A DNA stretch of 58,761 bases, filler included, from Actinomycetales bacterium (GTDB lineage: Bacteria; Actinomycetota; Actinomycetes; Actinomycetales; CAVURS01): assembly GCA_045807245.1 (NCBI GenBank). It is 4 parts of 4 records of this genome, joined end to end, with 100 filler letters (N's around TTAATTAATTAA, not from the genome) between each part and the next. Parts side by side here need not be neighbours in the genome. Positions count along the whole stretch, not along the records: positions 18,217 to 39,145 come from JBJMHS010000071.1; positions 39,246 to 48,755 come from JBJMHS010000072.1; 2 more parts are not named here. One strand, 5' to 3'. A model generated the notes under the pieces. That model was not told the origin of the DNA and searched no databases. It worked only from the letters and a program-made list of their open reading frames with translations. Shown one piece after another: positions 29,461 through 42,520 of this stretch. A program made the translations under genes and the position numbers. Positions within the stretch are counted from its first letter, which is position 1. The number at the start of each line of letters is the position of its first letter.

Positions 29461-30801
29461 CTACGCCGGCCGGACGTTGTGGTTCCCGGAGAACAGGTTG
29501 GCCGGGTCGTACTGACGCTTGACCCTCACCAGCCGCTCATAGGTCGCCTGGGGATAGATCGCTGCAATGTCCGCGTCGTCGGCCGACGACAGGAAGTTCG
29601 CATAGGACCCGTCGACGTGTGGCGCCAACCGCTCCCACACCGCGTCCAGACCTGGCCGCGCCGCGTCGACCGCCGCGGTCGGACCGGCGATCGTGGTCAC
29701 GAACATCAGCTCGGCGCGGCGGTGCGCGTAGGCGGTCGCGCCCTCAGCGACCCGTGAGACGGCCCCACCGACGCTGCGGACCACCATGATCGGCGAGCGG
29801 TCGGAGGCACCGACTTCGACGAGGATGCGCAGGACGTCGGACACTGACGCCGTGTCGACGAAACCGTTCCGGGTCTCGACGGAGAACCCGGCCGGCGGCA
29901 CCATCCCGTCCTCCAGCGTGTCGGCGTAGGGCCGGAGCGCCACCTCGTCCTTGACCACCGTGCCGAGCCCGCGGATCGGGTCGATCGCGGCCGCGGCCAG
30001 CTGCGGGTCGTCGCTGTCGAACGCGAGATGGATGTCGACCGGGGCGTTCGGTCCTCCCGCGAACGGGTTGGCGAAGGCCGCCACGCTGGTCAGGTCCTCG
30101 GGGGCGGAGCGCATGTAGTCAGCCCAGCCGGACAGCACCGTGGCGGCCTCGGAGGCGGGGAAGGCGATCTGGCCGAAGAAGACGTCGGTCGTGCGGTGCG
30201 CCTGAAACTCGAACGCGGTGACGACACCGAAGTTGCCGCCCCCGCCACGGATCGCCCAGAACAGGTCGGCCCGCTCCTCCTGGCTCGCCCGTACGACGTC
30301 ACCGCCGGCGGTCACGACCTCCACCGCGACCAGGCTGTCCAGCGCCAGACCGTACTTGCGCACCTTCCATCCGATCCCACCCGACAGGGTCAGGCCGCCG
30401 ACGCCGACGCTCTTGGTGTCGCCCGACGAGATGGCCAGGCCGTGCCGGGCCAAGGCGACGGCGACCTGGCCCCAGGTGGCACCGCCGCCGATGCGCACGA
30501 TGTGCCGCTGTTCGTCGACGATGTCGATGCCGTCCAGCCGACTGAGGTCGATGACGACACCGCCGTCGTTCGTACCGAAGCCGGCGAAGCCGTGGCCGCC
30601 GCCCCGCACGGACAGCGAGAGCCCTCTGCTGGCGGCGAAGCGCACACCGGCCCCCACGTCGTCGGCCGTCTTGGGGCGCAGTACGTAGGCGGGACTTCCC
30701 ACCACCAACACGGTGCGCCGGGCGGAGTCGTAGTCCACTCCACCCGGTTCGATGACGTCGCCACCGAAGTCCCTCAGCAGTTCATCGAGCGCTGCACTCA
30801 T
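29461..30801 (-). CDS. FAD-linked oxidase (FAD_binding_4 plus BBE domain)
   Basis: VRGGGHG, VGVGGLTLSGGIG, DLFWAIRGGGGNFGVVT, KRQYDPANLF. Confidence 0.92.
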   Translation of the reverse strand: MSAALDELLRDFGGDVIEPGGVDYDSARRTVLVVGSPAYVLRPKTADDVGAGVRFAASRGLSLSVRGGGHGFAGFGTNDGGVVIDLSRLDGIDIVDEQRHIVRIGGGATWGQVAVALARHGLAISSGDTKSVGVGGLTLSGGIGWKVRKYGLALDSLVAVEVVTAGGDVVRASQEERADLFWAIRGGGGNFGVVTAFEFQAHRTTDVFFGQIAFPASEAATVLSGWADYMRSAPEDLTSVAAFANPFAGGPNAPVDIHLAFDSDDPQLAAAAIDPIRGLGTVVKDEVALRPYADTLEDGMVPPAGFSVETRNGFVDTASVSDVLRILVEVGASDRSPIMVVRSVGGAVSRVAEGATAYAHRRAELMFVTTIAGPTAAVDAARPGLDAVWERLAPHVDGSYANFLSSADDADIAAIYPQATYERLVRVKRQYDPANLFSGNHNVRPA

Positions 30802-30826
30802 GACGTTCCTTCCACATCGAGTCCAT

Positions 30827-30856
30827 GTCCGTACGAGTCCGTACGAGTCCGTACGA
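30827..30856. repeat. 10-bp tandem repeat x3
   Basis: GTCCGTACGA x3 upstream of the FAD oxidase. Confidence 0.85.
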
Positions 30857-30908
30857 AGGAACAGACGACGTGGCGCAGCGAAACGTGACCCTGGCCTTGT
30901 TGGCCCTG

Positions 30909-31466
30909 TTACTGACCCACCCGACCGTCGATGCGCTCCCGCAGCAGGTCGGCATGACCGCAGTGGCGGGCGTACTCCTCGATGCGATGCACGAGCAGCT
31001 CGCGGACGGCGATGCCGTCTGTCCCCAGCCGCTCTCCGAGGTCCGGGTGCCCGGCCAGCTCGGCGTCGGTCGCCGTCTGCTCACGGGCCAGGTCGGCGTA
31101 CGCCGTGTCGACCACGCCGGGGTCGCCGACTGCTCCCTCCCAAGCGGCGTCCCTGTCGCCGTACAACCTCGGCGGCGCGTCGCCCGGCATGATCCAGCCG
31201 CGCCAGTCCCGCTCCACCTCGGCCAGGTGGCGGAGCAGCCCGAGGAGCGACATGGTCGACGGCGGCACCGAACGGAGCGCGAGTTGCTGGGCCGTCAGCC
31301 CGTCGCACTTCATGAGCAGGGTCAGCCGGTAGCTGTTCAGGTAGTCCTGGAGTGTCGCCAGCTCGCCGTCAGGGCTGACGCCGCTCTCGCGCGGGTCGTC
31401 GTCCGGGTCCACCCACATGTCTTCGCGGACGCTGGCCCGGCTCCACCGCTGAGGTCGCTCGCTCAT
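30909..31466 (-). CDS. DinB/DUF664 family protein
   Basis: SLLGLLRHLAEVERDW, HRIEEYARHCGHADLLRERIDG. Confidence 0.9.
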   Translation of the reverse strand: MSERPQRWSRASVREDMWVDPDDDPRESGVSPDGELATLQDYLNSYRLTLLMKCDGLTAQQLALRSVPPSTMSLLGLLRHLAEVERDWRGWIMPGDAPPRLYGDRDAAWEGAVGDPGVVDTAYADLAREQTATDAELAGHPDLGERLGTDGIAVRELLVHRIEEYARHCGHADLLRERIDGRVGQ

Positions 31467-31543
31467 GCGGCCATGCTCGCGGGCGCTTCGCGGCCACGAC
31501 CACCGAATTCCCGGCCGTCGGAGGTACCTGACAGGGTGACCTG

Positions 31544-32257
31544 ATGCTGAGTGAGGTGGCCGACGGTGTGTGGGTCCGGCAGAGCGAGTGGGTCTCGAGC
31601 AACGCGATCGTGGTGCGCGGGCCGGATGGGTTGATCCTGGTCGACCCCGGCATCGACGGCTCCGATCTGCACCAGCTCGCCGATGACGTGGACGGCCTGG
31701 GGATCCCGGTGGTCGCCGGGTTCTCCACCCACCCGCACTGGGACCACCTGCTCTGGCATGCCCGGTTCGGCGAGGTGCCGCGCTATGCCACCTCCGCCGG
31801 CGCGGACGCGGTCGCTGCCAGCGAAACGCGAGAGCGGGGGCAGGCCATGGCGGCGGAGAGCGCATCGGGCATCCCGCTCGAGCTGATCGCGCTCACCACG
31901 CCACTGCCCGCCGACGGCGGGCCGGTGCCGGGCGAGGTCATCGAGCATCATGCGCACGCGACCGGCCACGCCGCGGTGCTGCTCGCGGACCGTGGCGTCC
32001 TGCTCGCCGGCGACATGCTCTCCGACGTGCTGGTCCCGATGCCCGACCCGCGCGGGACCGATCCGCTGGGCGCATACGAGTCGGCGCTCGACCGGCTGGC
32101 CGAGGCCGCCAGGCACGTCGAGGTCGTGGTCCCCGGTCATGGCACCGTTGCCCACGGGCCCGAGGTGGCGGGTCGCCTCGCCGTCGATCGGGCCTATATC
32201 GACGCGGTGCGTCGAGGTGAGCAACCGGTCGACGCGCGGTGGGGACCGCGAGGGTAG
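31544..32257 (+). CDS. MBL-fold metallo-hydrolase
   Basis: THPHWDH, HATGH, AGDMLSD, VPGHG. Confidence 0.9.
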   Translation: MLSEVADGVWVRQSEWVSSNAIVVRGPDGLILVDPGIDGSDLHQLADDVDGLGIPVVAGFSTHPHWDHLLWHARFGEVPRYATSAGADAVAASETRERGQAMAAESASGIPLELIALTTPLPADGGPVPGEVIEHHAHATGHAAVLLADRGVLLAGDMLSDVLVPMPDPRGTDPLGAYESALDRLAEAARHVEVVVPGHGTVAHGPEVAGRLAVDRAYIDAVRRGEQPVDARWGPRG

Positions 32258-32260
32258 GCG

Positions 32261-32334
32261 TGGAGCGGGTGACCGGGATCGAACCGGCATGGCCAGCTTG
32301 GAAGGCTGGGGCTCTGCCATTGAGCTACACCCGC
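32261..32334 (-). tRNA. tRNA-Gly(TCC)
   Basis: Reverse complement GCGGGTGTAGCTCAATGG...CCAGC-CTTCCAA-GCTGG...GGTTCGATCC...CCCGCTCCA. Confidence 0.97.
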
Positions 32335-32391
32335 GCGACCGCCCGTTCGGCCTCGTGAGGTCCGGACGGCGCGCCACGTAGCGTATCCCGG

Positions 32392-33321
32392 GTGCCGCCC
32401 GCACCCGGCGCGATCGGCGTCCTGACCCAGTGGCGACCGGCCGTCGTACCCGTCCTGGTCGTCGTCGCCATGGTTGCGGCGTACGGCGTGGGGATGCGTG
32501 CCGCCCGCAGGGCTGGACATCGCTGGTCTGACGGTAGAGCTCTCGTGTTCGTGGCCCTGGGCGCGGGTTCGTACGGCGTCGTGACGCTCGGCTTCCTCGG
32601 CGTCTACAGCCCGTACCTGCGCTGGGCGTTCGCGGCGCAGGCGGCCCTGCTGCTGCTCGTCGTACCGCCCCTCATCGCGCTCGGTCAGCCCATCCAGCTT
32701 GCTCGGAAAGGATTGGGAGACAGGGCACGCCATCGCCTCGACCGCGTTGTCCGCTCGCGCGCGGCTCGCATCCTCAGTCATCCGATCGGGGGTCCGACGC
32801 TGCTGCTCGTCGTGCTGCTGCTCTTCCTCACTCCGCTGCCCGCCGAGGTGCGCGCCCACCCGGTGGCCCTGGCCGCGGCCCAGATCGCGCTGCCGCTCCT
32901 CGGCCTGCTGGTGGTCCTGCCGGTCGCGGCAGGGGAGGAGCCGGTGAGCTCGACCACGATGGCCATCGCGTTCCTGATCGCGTTCCTCGAGCTGGTCGCC
33001 GATGCCGTCCCGGGGATCCTGCTCCGGCTGCACAGCACGGTCATCGGGGCGAGCGTCCACCTCTCCTCGGTGCCGACCTGGCTGCCCCGGCCGCTGCGCG
33101 ACCAGCAGCTGTCCGGAGACGTGCTGTGGTTCATCGGCGAGGCGATCGACCTGCCGTTCCTGGCCTGGCTGGTGGTCCGCTGGATCCGCGCCGACCAGCG
33201 CGAGGCGGCGGCCGTCGACGCGCGCCTGGACGCGGCGTACGACGCCCGTCCCTGGTGGGAGGTCGAAGCCGAGCGCGCGCGTGAGGCCCGGCGGCCCGGC
33301 CACAGCGACAACCAGGCGTGA
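32392..33321 (+). CDS. Cytochrome c oxidase assembly factor CtaG (caa3-type)-like membrane protein
   Basis: LLLVVPPLIALGQP, DQQLSGDVLWFIGEAIDLPFL; multiple TM segments. Confidence 0.8.
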   Translation: MPPAPGAIGVLTQWRPAVVPVLVVVAMVAAYGVGMRAARRAGHRWSDGRALVFVALGAGSYGVVTLGFLGVYSPYLRWAFAAQAALLLLVVPPLIALGQPIQLARKGLGDRARHRLDRVVRSRAARILSHPIGGPTLLLVVLLLFLTPLPAEVRAHPVALAAAQIALPLLGLLVVLPVAAGEEPVSSTTMAIAFLIAFLELVADAVPGILLRLHSTVIGASVHLSSVPTWLPRPLRDQQLSGDVLWFIGEAIDLPFLAWLVVRWIRADQREAAAVDARLDAAYDARPWWEVEAERAREARRPGHSDNQA

Positions 33322-33333
33322 GAGCCTGCCGCC

Positions 33334-33600
33334 ATGTGGATCCTGGAGATCGCGTTCGACCCGCCCGCTCATGAGGAGCGGCTGGCCCGCCGACCGGCCC
33401 ACCGCGATCTGCTGACCCAGTACCACGCGCAGGGGGCCGTCGCTCATGCCGGCCCGTTGGCCGACGGCAGCGGCGCGGTGATCGTCTGGGACCTCCCGGA
33501 TGAAGCCAGCGTGCGGGAGCACATGGCGCGTGACCCGTACTACGACTCGCCGAGTGTCACGGTCGAGAGCCTGCGTCAGTGGGACACGTTGCCGTTCTAA
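33334..33600 (+). CDS. YciI family protein
   Basis: RPAHR, AGPLADGSGA, DPYY. Confidence 0.88.
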   Translation: MWILEIAFDPPAHEERLARRPAHRDLLTQYHAQGAVAHAGPLADGSGAVIVWDLPDEASVREHMARDPYYDSPSVTVESLRQWDTLPF

Positions 33601-33639
33601 GTACGCTGGGCCGCGCAGTCCGACGCCAGGTGGGCAGCA

Positions 33640-33713
33640 CGGGGTATGGCGCAGCTTGGTAGCGCGTCCGCTTTGGGAGCGGAAGGCCGCCGGTTCGAAT
33701 CCGGCTACCCCGA
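33640..33713 (+). tRNA. tRNA-Pro(TGG)
   Basis: CGGGGTATGGCGCAGCTTGGTAGCGCG-TCCGC-TTTGGGA-GCGGA...GGTTCGAATCC...TACCCCGA. Confidence 0.97.
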
Positions 33714-33782
33714 CCGACGACGAGCTTTCGTGAAGGAGTGCCCGGTATAAGCGGGCAGTCGTTCACGAGATCTTGCCGGCCC

Positions 33783-35210
33783 TCACAAGCCGTACTCCTC
33801 GAGCAGCCGGAGCCAGATCTCGCTCATGGTCGGGAAGGACGGTACGGCGTGCCACAGCTTCTCGAGCGGCACCTCACCCACGACGGCCACCGTGGCCGAG
33901 TGGATGAGCTCCGCCGTGTCCTGGCCGACGAAGGTGGCCCCGACGATGACGCGGCGGGCTTCGTCGACGACGATGCGGGCCTGCCCGGCGTAGTCGTCGG
34001 CCTGCAAGCCCGAGCCGGTGGCCGACGACATGGGCAGGTCCACGACCTTGACGTCGAGCCCGGCCTCCCGCGCCGCGCTCTCGGTCAGCCCGACGGCGCA
34101 CACCTCGGGGTCGGTGAAGACGACCTGCGGCGCTCCCAAGGCATCGGCGGTCGCGCGCAACGACGGTCCGTCGTCAGGCGCACCCTTGGCCCGCGCTGCG
34201 ATCACGTCGCCGGCCACCCGTGACTGGTACTTGCCCATGTGCGTCAACAGGTTTCGTCCGGTGAGGTCTCCGGTCGCGTAGAGCCAGCCGCCGCCCACGC
34301 CCTCCACCAGCATCGAGTCGTCGACCTTGACGTACCCGCTGGCTTCGAGCCCGACCGTCTCCAAGCCGAGGTCCCCCGACGCCGGCGTGCGACCCAGTGC
34401 CGCGAGCACCTCGTCGCCGGCCACGGTCGAGCCGTCGGACAAGGTGACAATGACCTCGCCGGTTCCGTCGCCGGACTCCCGGGACACCGCGGTGACTGCC
34501 GTGCCGAGCCGGAGGTCGACGCCGGCCTCGCGCAGGCCGGCCGCGACCAGGTCGCCGGCGAACGGCTCGGTCCGGCCGAGCAGCCGTTCGCCGCGCTCGA
34601 TGAGTGTCACGTCCGACCCGAGTCCGGAGAAGGCCTGGGCCATCTCGCAGGCCACGACGCCACCACCCAGGATCACCAGGCGGCCGGGCGCGGACTGCGC
34701 GCTCGTCGCCTCGATGTTGGTCCAGGGCTTCGCCTTGCGCAGGCCCGGGATCGGGGGGACGGCAGCCGTCGTACCGGTCGACAGGACCACGGCGTGCCGG
34801 GCCACCAAGGTGATGGGCTCGCCGTCCGCCACCTCGACCTCGACCCGCTTCTCACCCGCGAGCCGAGCGTGGCCGCGGACCAGGTCGATGCCCTCGGAGT
34901 CCAGCCAACCGGTCGCGCCGGTGTCGTCCCACGAGCTCGTCCAGTAGTTGCGGCGGGCGAAGACGTCGGCCGCGTCCAGGCTGCCGGGTCGCACGCCCTG
35001 CACGCGGCGGGTCGACGCGACCAGGTTCACCGGCCGCAGCATGGCCTTGGAGGGCACGCAGGCGTAGAAGCTGCACTCGCCGCCCACCAGACGCCGCTCG
35101 ACGATGACCGCGGACAGCCCACCCCTGCGGGCGCGGCCGGCCACGTTCTCCCCGGGCGGCCCCGCCCCGATGACGATGACGTCGTACGTGCGCTCCGTGT
35201 GCTCCGCCAT
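33783..35210 (-). CDS. Pyridine nucleotide-disulfide oxidoreductase (dihydrolipoamide dehydrogenase-like)
   Basis: GAGPPG, GGECSFYACVPSK redox disulfide, GGGVVACE, HAVPSFPTMSE. Confidence 0.92.
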   Translation of the reverse strand: MAEHTERTYDVIVIGAGPPGENVAGRARRGGLSAVIVERRLVGGECSFYACVPSKAMLRPVNLVASTRRVQGVRPGSLDAADVFARRNYWTSSWDDTGATGWLDSEGIDLVRGHARLAGEKRVEVEVADGEPITLVARHAVVLSTGTTAAVPPIPGLRKAKPWTNIEATSAQSAPGRLVILGGGVVACEMAQAFSGLGSDVTLIERGERLLGRTEPFAGDLVAAGLREAGVDLRLGTAVTAVSRESGDGTGEVIVTLSDGSTVAGDEVLAALGRTPASGDLGLETVGLEASGYVKVDDSMLVEGVGGGWLYATGDLTGRNLLTHMGKYQSRVAGDVIAARAKGAPDDGPSLRATADALGAPQVVFTDPEVCAVGLTESAAREAGLDVKVVDLPMSSATGSGLQADDYAGQARIVVDEARRVIVGATFVGQDTAELIHSATVAVVGEVPLEKLWHAVPSFPTMSEIWLRLLEEYGL

Positions 35211-35328
35211 GGCGAGCACGCTAGTCGGCCCCCGCAGGAGCGTGTACGACGGAGTCCTGACCCAGCCGTTACGATGACGGGTCGCCTGGTGAGCACGCCG
35301 GCAGCACCCCCACACCGCAGGAGCCTCC

Positions 35329-36678
35329 GTGAAGTCCGCCGTCGAGACCCTCAACCCCACGAGGGTCAAGCTCACCGTCGAGGTGCCGTACGACGAGCTC
35401 AAGCCCAGCCTCGACGCGGCGTACAAGACCATCGCCGGCCAGGTCAACATCCCGGGCTTCCGCCGGGGCCACGTCCCCGCGCGGATCATCGACCAGCGGG
35501 TCGGCCCGGGCGCGGTCCTGGAGGAGGCGGTCAACAACGCACTGCCGCGCTTCTACGGCCAGGCCGTCGAGGAGAACCAGGTGCGTCCGCTCGGCCAGCC
35601 GACGGTGGACATCACCGACGTGCCCGACCCCGCCAAGGGCGGCGACCTGAAGTTCACGGCCGAGGTCGACGTGCGGCCGGCGGTCGAGCTGCCGGACTAC
35701 GAGAGCCTGGCGGTCACCGTCGACGACGTCGAGGTCTCGGACGATGACGTCACCGAGCGGCTCACGACGCTGCAGCAGCGGTTCGGCACGCTCGTCGGCA
35801 CTGATCGTGCGGCCCGGACAGGCGACTTCGTGGCCATCGACCTGACGGCCGACATCCAGGGCGACGAGATCGACTCGGTCAAGGGCGTGTCGTACGAGAT
35901 CGGCAGCGCCACCATGATCGAGGGCCTCGACGACGCGCTCGTCGGCCTCAGCGCGGGGGAGTCCGCGGACTTCGACGCCCCGCTGGCCGGAGGCGACCGG
36001 GCCGGCGAGGTGTCGCACATCCACGTCACGCTCACGTCGGTCAAGGAGCGGGAGCTCCCCGACCTCGACGACGACTTCGCCCAGCTGGCCAGCGAGTTCG
36101 ACACTCTCGAGGAGCTGCGGGACGACCTGCGCAGCCAGGCCGAGCAGACCCGCCGGATGGAGCAGGGCATCCAGGCCCGGGACAAGGTGCTCGAAGCGCT
36201 GCTCGAAGCGAGCGACGTACCGGTGCCGGAGTCCCTTATCGAGGCCGAGGTCCACTCCCACCTGGAGAGTGAGGACCGGCTCGAGGACCACGAGCACGGC
36301 GCCGAGGTCGGCGAGAACGCGCGCAAGGGTCTGCAGACGCAGTTCCTGCTCGACGCGATCGTCGAGAAGGAAAAGGTCTCGGTCGGCCAGCCCGAGCTCG
36401 TCGAGTACCTCGTCATGAACGCCGGGCAGTACGGCATGGAGCCCAACGAGTTCGCCAAGGCGGTGGAGGAGGCCGGTCAGGTCCCGGCCATGGTCGGAGA
36501 GGTGGCCCGGCGCAAGGCCTTGGCCCTGGTGCTGGAGAAGGCCAAGGTCACCGACGTCTCCGGCCGCCCCGTCGACCTCGAGGCCCTGCGTCCCCCGGCC
36601 GAGGCCCAGGCCGAGACCGAGGCGGAGGTCGAGGCTGAGGTCGACGTCGAGAACAACGTCGAGGACAACGACGCCTGA
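35329..36678 (+). CDS. tig: Trigger factor
   Basis: IPGFRRGHVP ribosome-binding motif, ELPDLDDDFA; upstream of clpP. Confidence 0.97.
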   Translation: MKSAVETLNPTRVKLTVEVPYDELKPSLDAAYKTIAGQVNIPGFRRGHVPARIIDQRVGPGAVLEEAVNNALPRFYGQAVEENQVRPLGQPTVDITDVPDPAKGGDLKFTAEVDVRPAVELPDYESLAVTVDDVEVSDDDVTERLTTLQQRFGTLVGTDRAARTGDFVAIDLTADIQGDEIDSVKGVSYEIGSATMIEGLDDALVGLSAGESADFDAPLAGGDRAGEVSHIHVTLTSVKERELPDLDDDFAQLASEFDTLEELRDDLRSQAEQTRRMEQGIQARDKVLEALLEASDVPVPESLIEAEVHSHLESEDRLEDHEHGAEVGENARKGLQTQFLLDAIVEKEKVSVGQPELVEYLVMNAGQYGMEPNEFAKAVEEAGQVPAMVGEVARRKALALVLEKAKVTDVSGRPVDLEALRPPAEAQAETEAEVEAEVDVENNVEDNDA

Positions 36679-36688
36679 CGTCGTCGTA

Positions 36689-36733
36689 CGCCGTCGGCGA
36701 ACCCCTTCGGCGCGTCGTCTGCCCGCAGCGAAC
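36689..36733 (+). promoter_or_regulatory. Two ClgR-type operator sites upstream of clpP1P2
   Basis: CGC-N5-GCGAAC at 36689-36702 and TGC-N5-GCGAAC at 36720-36733, matching the actinobacterial ClgR motif. Confidence 0.75.
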
Positions 36734-36828
36734 ATGGGCCGAATGCGGGACGGTGCGGCTCAGGTCCGGCGTTAGTGTCACCGAAAGATCAAGCACCTCG
36801 CAGGCAACTGCACGACGTGGGAGACAGC

Positions 36829-37440
36829 GTGACTGAGCAGATCCGGATGGCCGAAGGCTCCAACAACCTCGGGCTGGACGACCACATCTACAACCGCCTG
36901 CTCAAGGAGCGGATCATCTTCTTGGGCTCGGAGGTTCGCGACGACAACGCGAACGCGATCTGCGCGCAGCTGTTGCTGCTCGCGGCCGAGGACCCCGACA
37001 AGGACATCCACCTCTACATCAACAGCCCCGGTGGCTCGGTCACCGCGGGCATGGCGATCTTCGACACGATGCAGTGGGTGAAGCCCGACGTCGCGACCTA
37101 CGCGATGGGCCTGGCCGCGTCGATGGGCCAGTTCTTGCTGAGTGCCGGTGCCAAGGGCAAGCGGTACGCCACACCGCACGCGCGGATCATGATGCACCAG
37201 CCGTCCGGTGGCATCGGCGGCACCGCGAGCGACATCAAGATCCAGGCCGAGCAGATGCTGCACATCAAGAAGCAGCTGGCCGGACTCATCGCCGAGCACA
37301 CCGGCCAGACCGTCGACCAGATCGAGCGCGACTCCGACCGCGACCGGTGGTTCACGGCCGAGCAGGCCCAGGAGTACGGCTTCGTCGACCACGTGGTCGA
37401 GGAGTCCGTCAACGCCGCCACCGGCGGCGGAACCGTCTGA
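36829..37440 (+). CDS. clpP1: ATP-dependent Clp protease proteolytic subunit 1
   Basis: [31 protein letters not shown]. Confidence 0.96.
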   Translation: MTEQIRMAEGSNNLGLDDHIYNRLLKERIIFLGSEVRDDNANAICAQLLLLAAEDPDKDIHLYINSPGGSVTAGMAIFDTMQWVKPDVATYAMGLAASMGQFLLSAGAKGKRYATPHARIMMHQPSGGIGGTASDIKIQAEQMLHIKKQLAGLIAEHTGQTVDQIERDSDRDRWFTAEQAQEYGFVDHVVEESVNAATGGGTV

Positions 37441-37503
37441 CGCACAAGTGATTTGCCGAACTTCGCCGACTCGAACCAGACGTAGACGTACAGGAGACGA
37501 CAG

Positions 37504-38193
37504 ATGACCAGCCCCACGCCGTACGGCGGTTTGCACGTCCCCGGCTCGGGCCGTGACTTCGGCGGGCTCAACGCCCCCGCCCCGAGCAGCCGCTACATCC
37601 TGCCGCAGTTCGAGGAGCGCACGTCGTACGGGATGAAGCGTCTCGACCCGTACACCAAGCTGTTCGAGGACCGCATCATCTTCCTCGGCGTGCAGGTGGA
37701 CGACGCGTCGGCTGACGACATCATCGCCCAGCTGATCGTCCTGGAGTCGCAGGACCCGGACCGCGACATCCTGCTGTACATCAACTCGCCCGGCGGCTCG
37801 TTCACCGCGCTCACCGCGATCTACGACACCATGCAGTACGTCCGGCCCGACATCCAGACGTACTGCCTCGGGCAGGCGGCTTCGGCAGCCGCGGTGCTGC
37901 TGGGCGCCGGCGCGCCGGGCAAGCGGTACGCCCTGCCGAACGCGCGGGTGCTCATCCACCAGCCGGCGATGTCCGGCGGCGAGTACGGCCAGGCGAGCGA
38001 CATCGAGATCCAGGCCAACGAGGTCCTGCGGATGCGCAACTGGCTCGAGGAGACGCTCGCCAAGCACACGAAGCGGACTCTGGACCAGGTCCGCACCGAC
38101 ATCGAGCGGGACAAGATCCTCACGGCGGAGCAGGCCGTGGAGTACGGCCTGGTCGACGAGGTGCTGACCTCCCGCAAGGCCTCCACGGCCTGA
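37504..38193 (+). CDS. clpP2: ATP-dependent Clp protease proteolytic subunit 2
   Basis: [31 protein letters not shown]. Confidence 0.96.
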   Translation: MTSPTPYGGLHVPGSGRDFGGLNAPAPSSRYILPQFEERTSYGMKRLDPYTKLFEDRIIFLGVQVDDASADDIIAQLIVLESQDPDRDILLYINSPGGSFTALTAIYDTMQYVRPDIQTYCLGQAASAAAVLLGAGAPGKRYALPNARVLIHQPAMSGGEYGQASDIEIQANEVLRMRNWLEETLAKHTKRTLDQVRTDIERDKILTAEQAVEYGLVDEVLTSRKASTA

Positions 38194-38457
38194 GCCGGCG
38201 GAAGGCCTCATCCGGGCGCCCGACCGGCCGATAGGAAGTTCACCCGGTTGGCCGACACGCCGGGCGTCCGCTCTTGGCGTACTGGGCTGCGCCGCGCCGT
38301 GCTTCCGGCGTTCAATGGAGGTCAGCGCGGTGCTCTCGCGGTACCGTCGGCTGCTTACGCAGGATCAGCGGCCGTGAACGCCAGGTGTGCGGGTAACGTC
38401 CTGGTGGTGACGGTCTTGAGTGGCGGGGTTGGCACTGTCGAGGGAAGGACCTGACGG

Positions 38458-39145
<688 letters not shown>

Positions 39146-39245
39146 NNNNNNNNNNNNNNNNNNNNNNNNNNNNNNNNNNNNNNNNNNNNTTAATTAATTA
39201 ANNNNNNNNNNNNNNNNNNNNNNNNNNNNNNNNNNNNNNNNNNNN
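39146..39245. other. Artificial contig linker
   Basis: N run with TTAATTAATTAA. Confidence 0.98.
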
Positions 39246-39877
39246 CCGATGGCGACGTAGATGCAGCGCACCTGCTTGTCGGGGTCGCCGCTGTCCCAGA
39301 ACTCCTTCTGGTTGATGATCGTGTCGACCGCGACCGTGGTCTTGCCGGTCTGGCGGTCACCGATGATCAGCTGGCGCTGGCCGCGCCCGATGGGGGTCAT
39401 GGCGTCGACCGCCTTCAGGCCGGTCTGCAGCGGCTCGTGCACCGACTTGCGCTGCACCACGGTCGGCGCCTGCAGCTCGAGGGCGCGGCGCTCGTTCGAC
39501 TCGATCGGGCCGAGGCCGTCGATCGGCTCGGCCAGCGGGTCGACGACCCGGCCCAGGAAGGCGTCGCCGACGGGGACCGACAGGATCTCGCCCGTGCGGT
39601 GCACCTCCTGGCCCTCGTCGATCCCGGTGAACTCACCGAGCACCACGGCGCCGATCTGGCGGACGTCGAGGTTGAGCGCCAGGCCGAGCGTGCCGTCCTC
39701 GAACCGGAGCAGCTCGCTGGCCATGGCGGAGGGCAGACCCTCGATCTGCGCGATGCCGTCCATGGCCTCGCTGACCCGGCCCACCTCCTCGCGGGCCGCG
39801 GCACCTGGCTCGTAGGACTTGACGAACGTGTCCAGCGCGTCCCGGATCTCCTCCGGGCGGATGGTCAGCTCGGTCAT
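39246..39877 (-). CDS. atpA: ATP synthase F1 alpha subunit, 3' truncated
   Basis: [31 protein letters not shown]. Confidence 0.97.
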
Positions 39878-39943
39878 CTCGACTGCTCTCTTTCGTCCGT
39901 CGTCGTCCGCGGTCGTCTGCGGCCGTCTGCGAATGGTGCGTGG

Positions 39944-40780
39944 TCAGCCGGCGAGCCGGCGCTCTGCTTCCTCGATGCGGCGCAGCAACGAGCCGTCGAC
40001 GACCTCGTCGCCGACCTCGACGCGAACGCCACCGATGAGCTCGGGGTCGACGTCCACGTTCAGCTGCACCTCGTGGTTGAACAGCTTGGACAGTGCGCCC
40101 TGAAGGCGGTCCAGATGCTTGGCGGACAGCGGTGTCGCCACGGTCGCGTGCGCGACGAACTGCTCGCGCCGGGCCGCAGCGGCAGCCAGGTACGACTCGA
40201 GCGACGAGGCGAGCCGCCGGCCGCGCGGCGCGAGCACGGCCTGCCGGGCCAGCCGAACGGTCGCGTCGGTGGCCTTGCCGCGCAGCAGGGTGCCGATGAG
40301 CTCCGCCTTGGCCGCGGCGTTACCGCGGCGGTCGGTCAGGGCATCCCGCAGGTCGTGGTTGCCCTGCACGGTGCGCTCGAAGCGGAACAGCTCGTCCTCG
40401 AGCGCGCCCAGCTGCCCGGCCTCGTCGGCTGCGATCACGACGCTCGCGACCGCGAGCGCCTCGAACGCGTCGGCGATGTCGCCGGACCTCGACCAGCGCG
40501 AGCGGGCGACCGACTGACCGAGCTCGAGCGCCGCCGCCGAGATCCGGCCGCCGCCGAACAGGTCGGCCAGCAGCCGCGCTCGTGCGTCGCCTTCGCGGCC
40601 GGGGTCGGTCAGGGCTCGGCGCAGCGTCGCGCTGGAGTCCAGCGCCGCCGCGACGGCGAACAGCTCGTCGCCCAGCACCATCGCATCGACGGCGCCCTTG
40701 CCGGCCCCGCGGCCGGACGCGGTCGCCGCTGTGAGCTGCTTGTGCGCCGCCTGCAAAGACGCCCTGCTGCTGCCCTGCAC
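39944..40780 (-). CDS. atpH: ATP synthase delta subunit (long actinobacterial form)
   Basis: LRRALTDP, EDELFRF, VDPELIGG...GDEVVDGS. Confidence 0.95.
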   Translation of the reverse strand: MQGSSRASLQAAHKQLTAATASGRGAGKGAVDAMVLGDELFAVAAALDSSATLRRALTDPGREGDARARLLADLFGGGRISAAALELGQSVARSRWSRSGDIADAFEALAVASVVIAADEAGQLGALEDELFRFERTVQGNHDLRDALTDRRGNAAAKAELIGTLLRGKATDATVRLARQAVLAPRGRRLASSLESYLAAAAARREQFVAHATVATPLSAKHLDRLQGALSKLFNHEVQLNVDVDPELIGGVRVEVGDEVVDGSLLRRIEEAERRLAG

Positions 40781-40791
40781 CCCGACTCCCC

Positions 40792-42516
<1,725 letters not shown>

Positions 42517-42520
<4 letters not shown>

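Noticed and set aside
19981..32334. Integrative island anchored at the tRNA-Gly 3' end
   Set aside because: The region looks accessory, but I found no integrase and no duplicated tRNA 3' end (att) on this contig.
38238..38245. GTTCACCC PHO-box-like unit upstream of clpX
   Set aside because: Single unit without an 11-bp-phased partner; likely chance.
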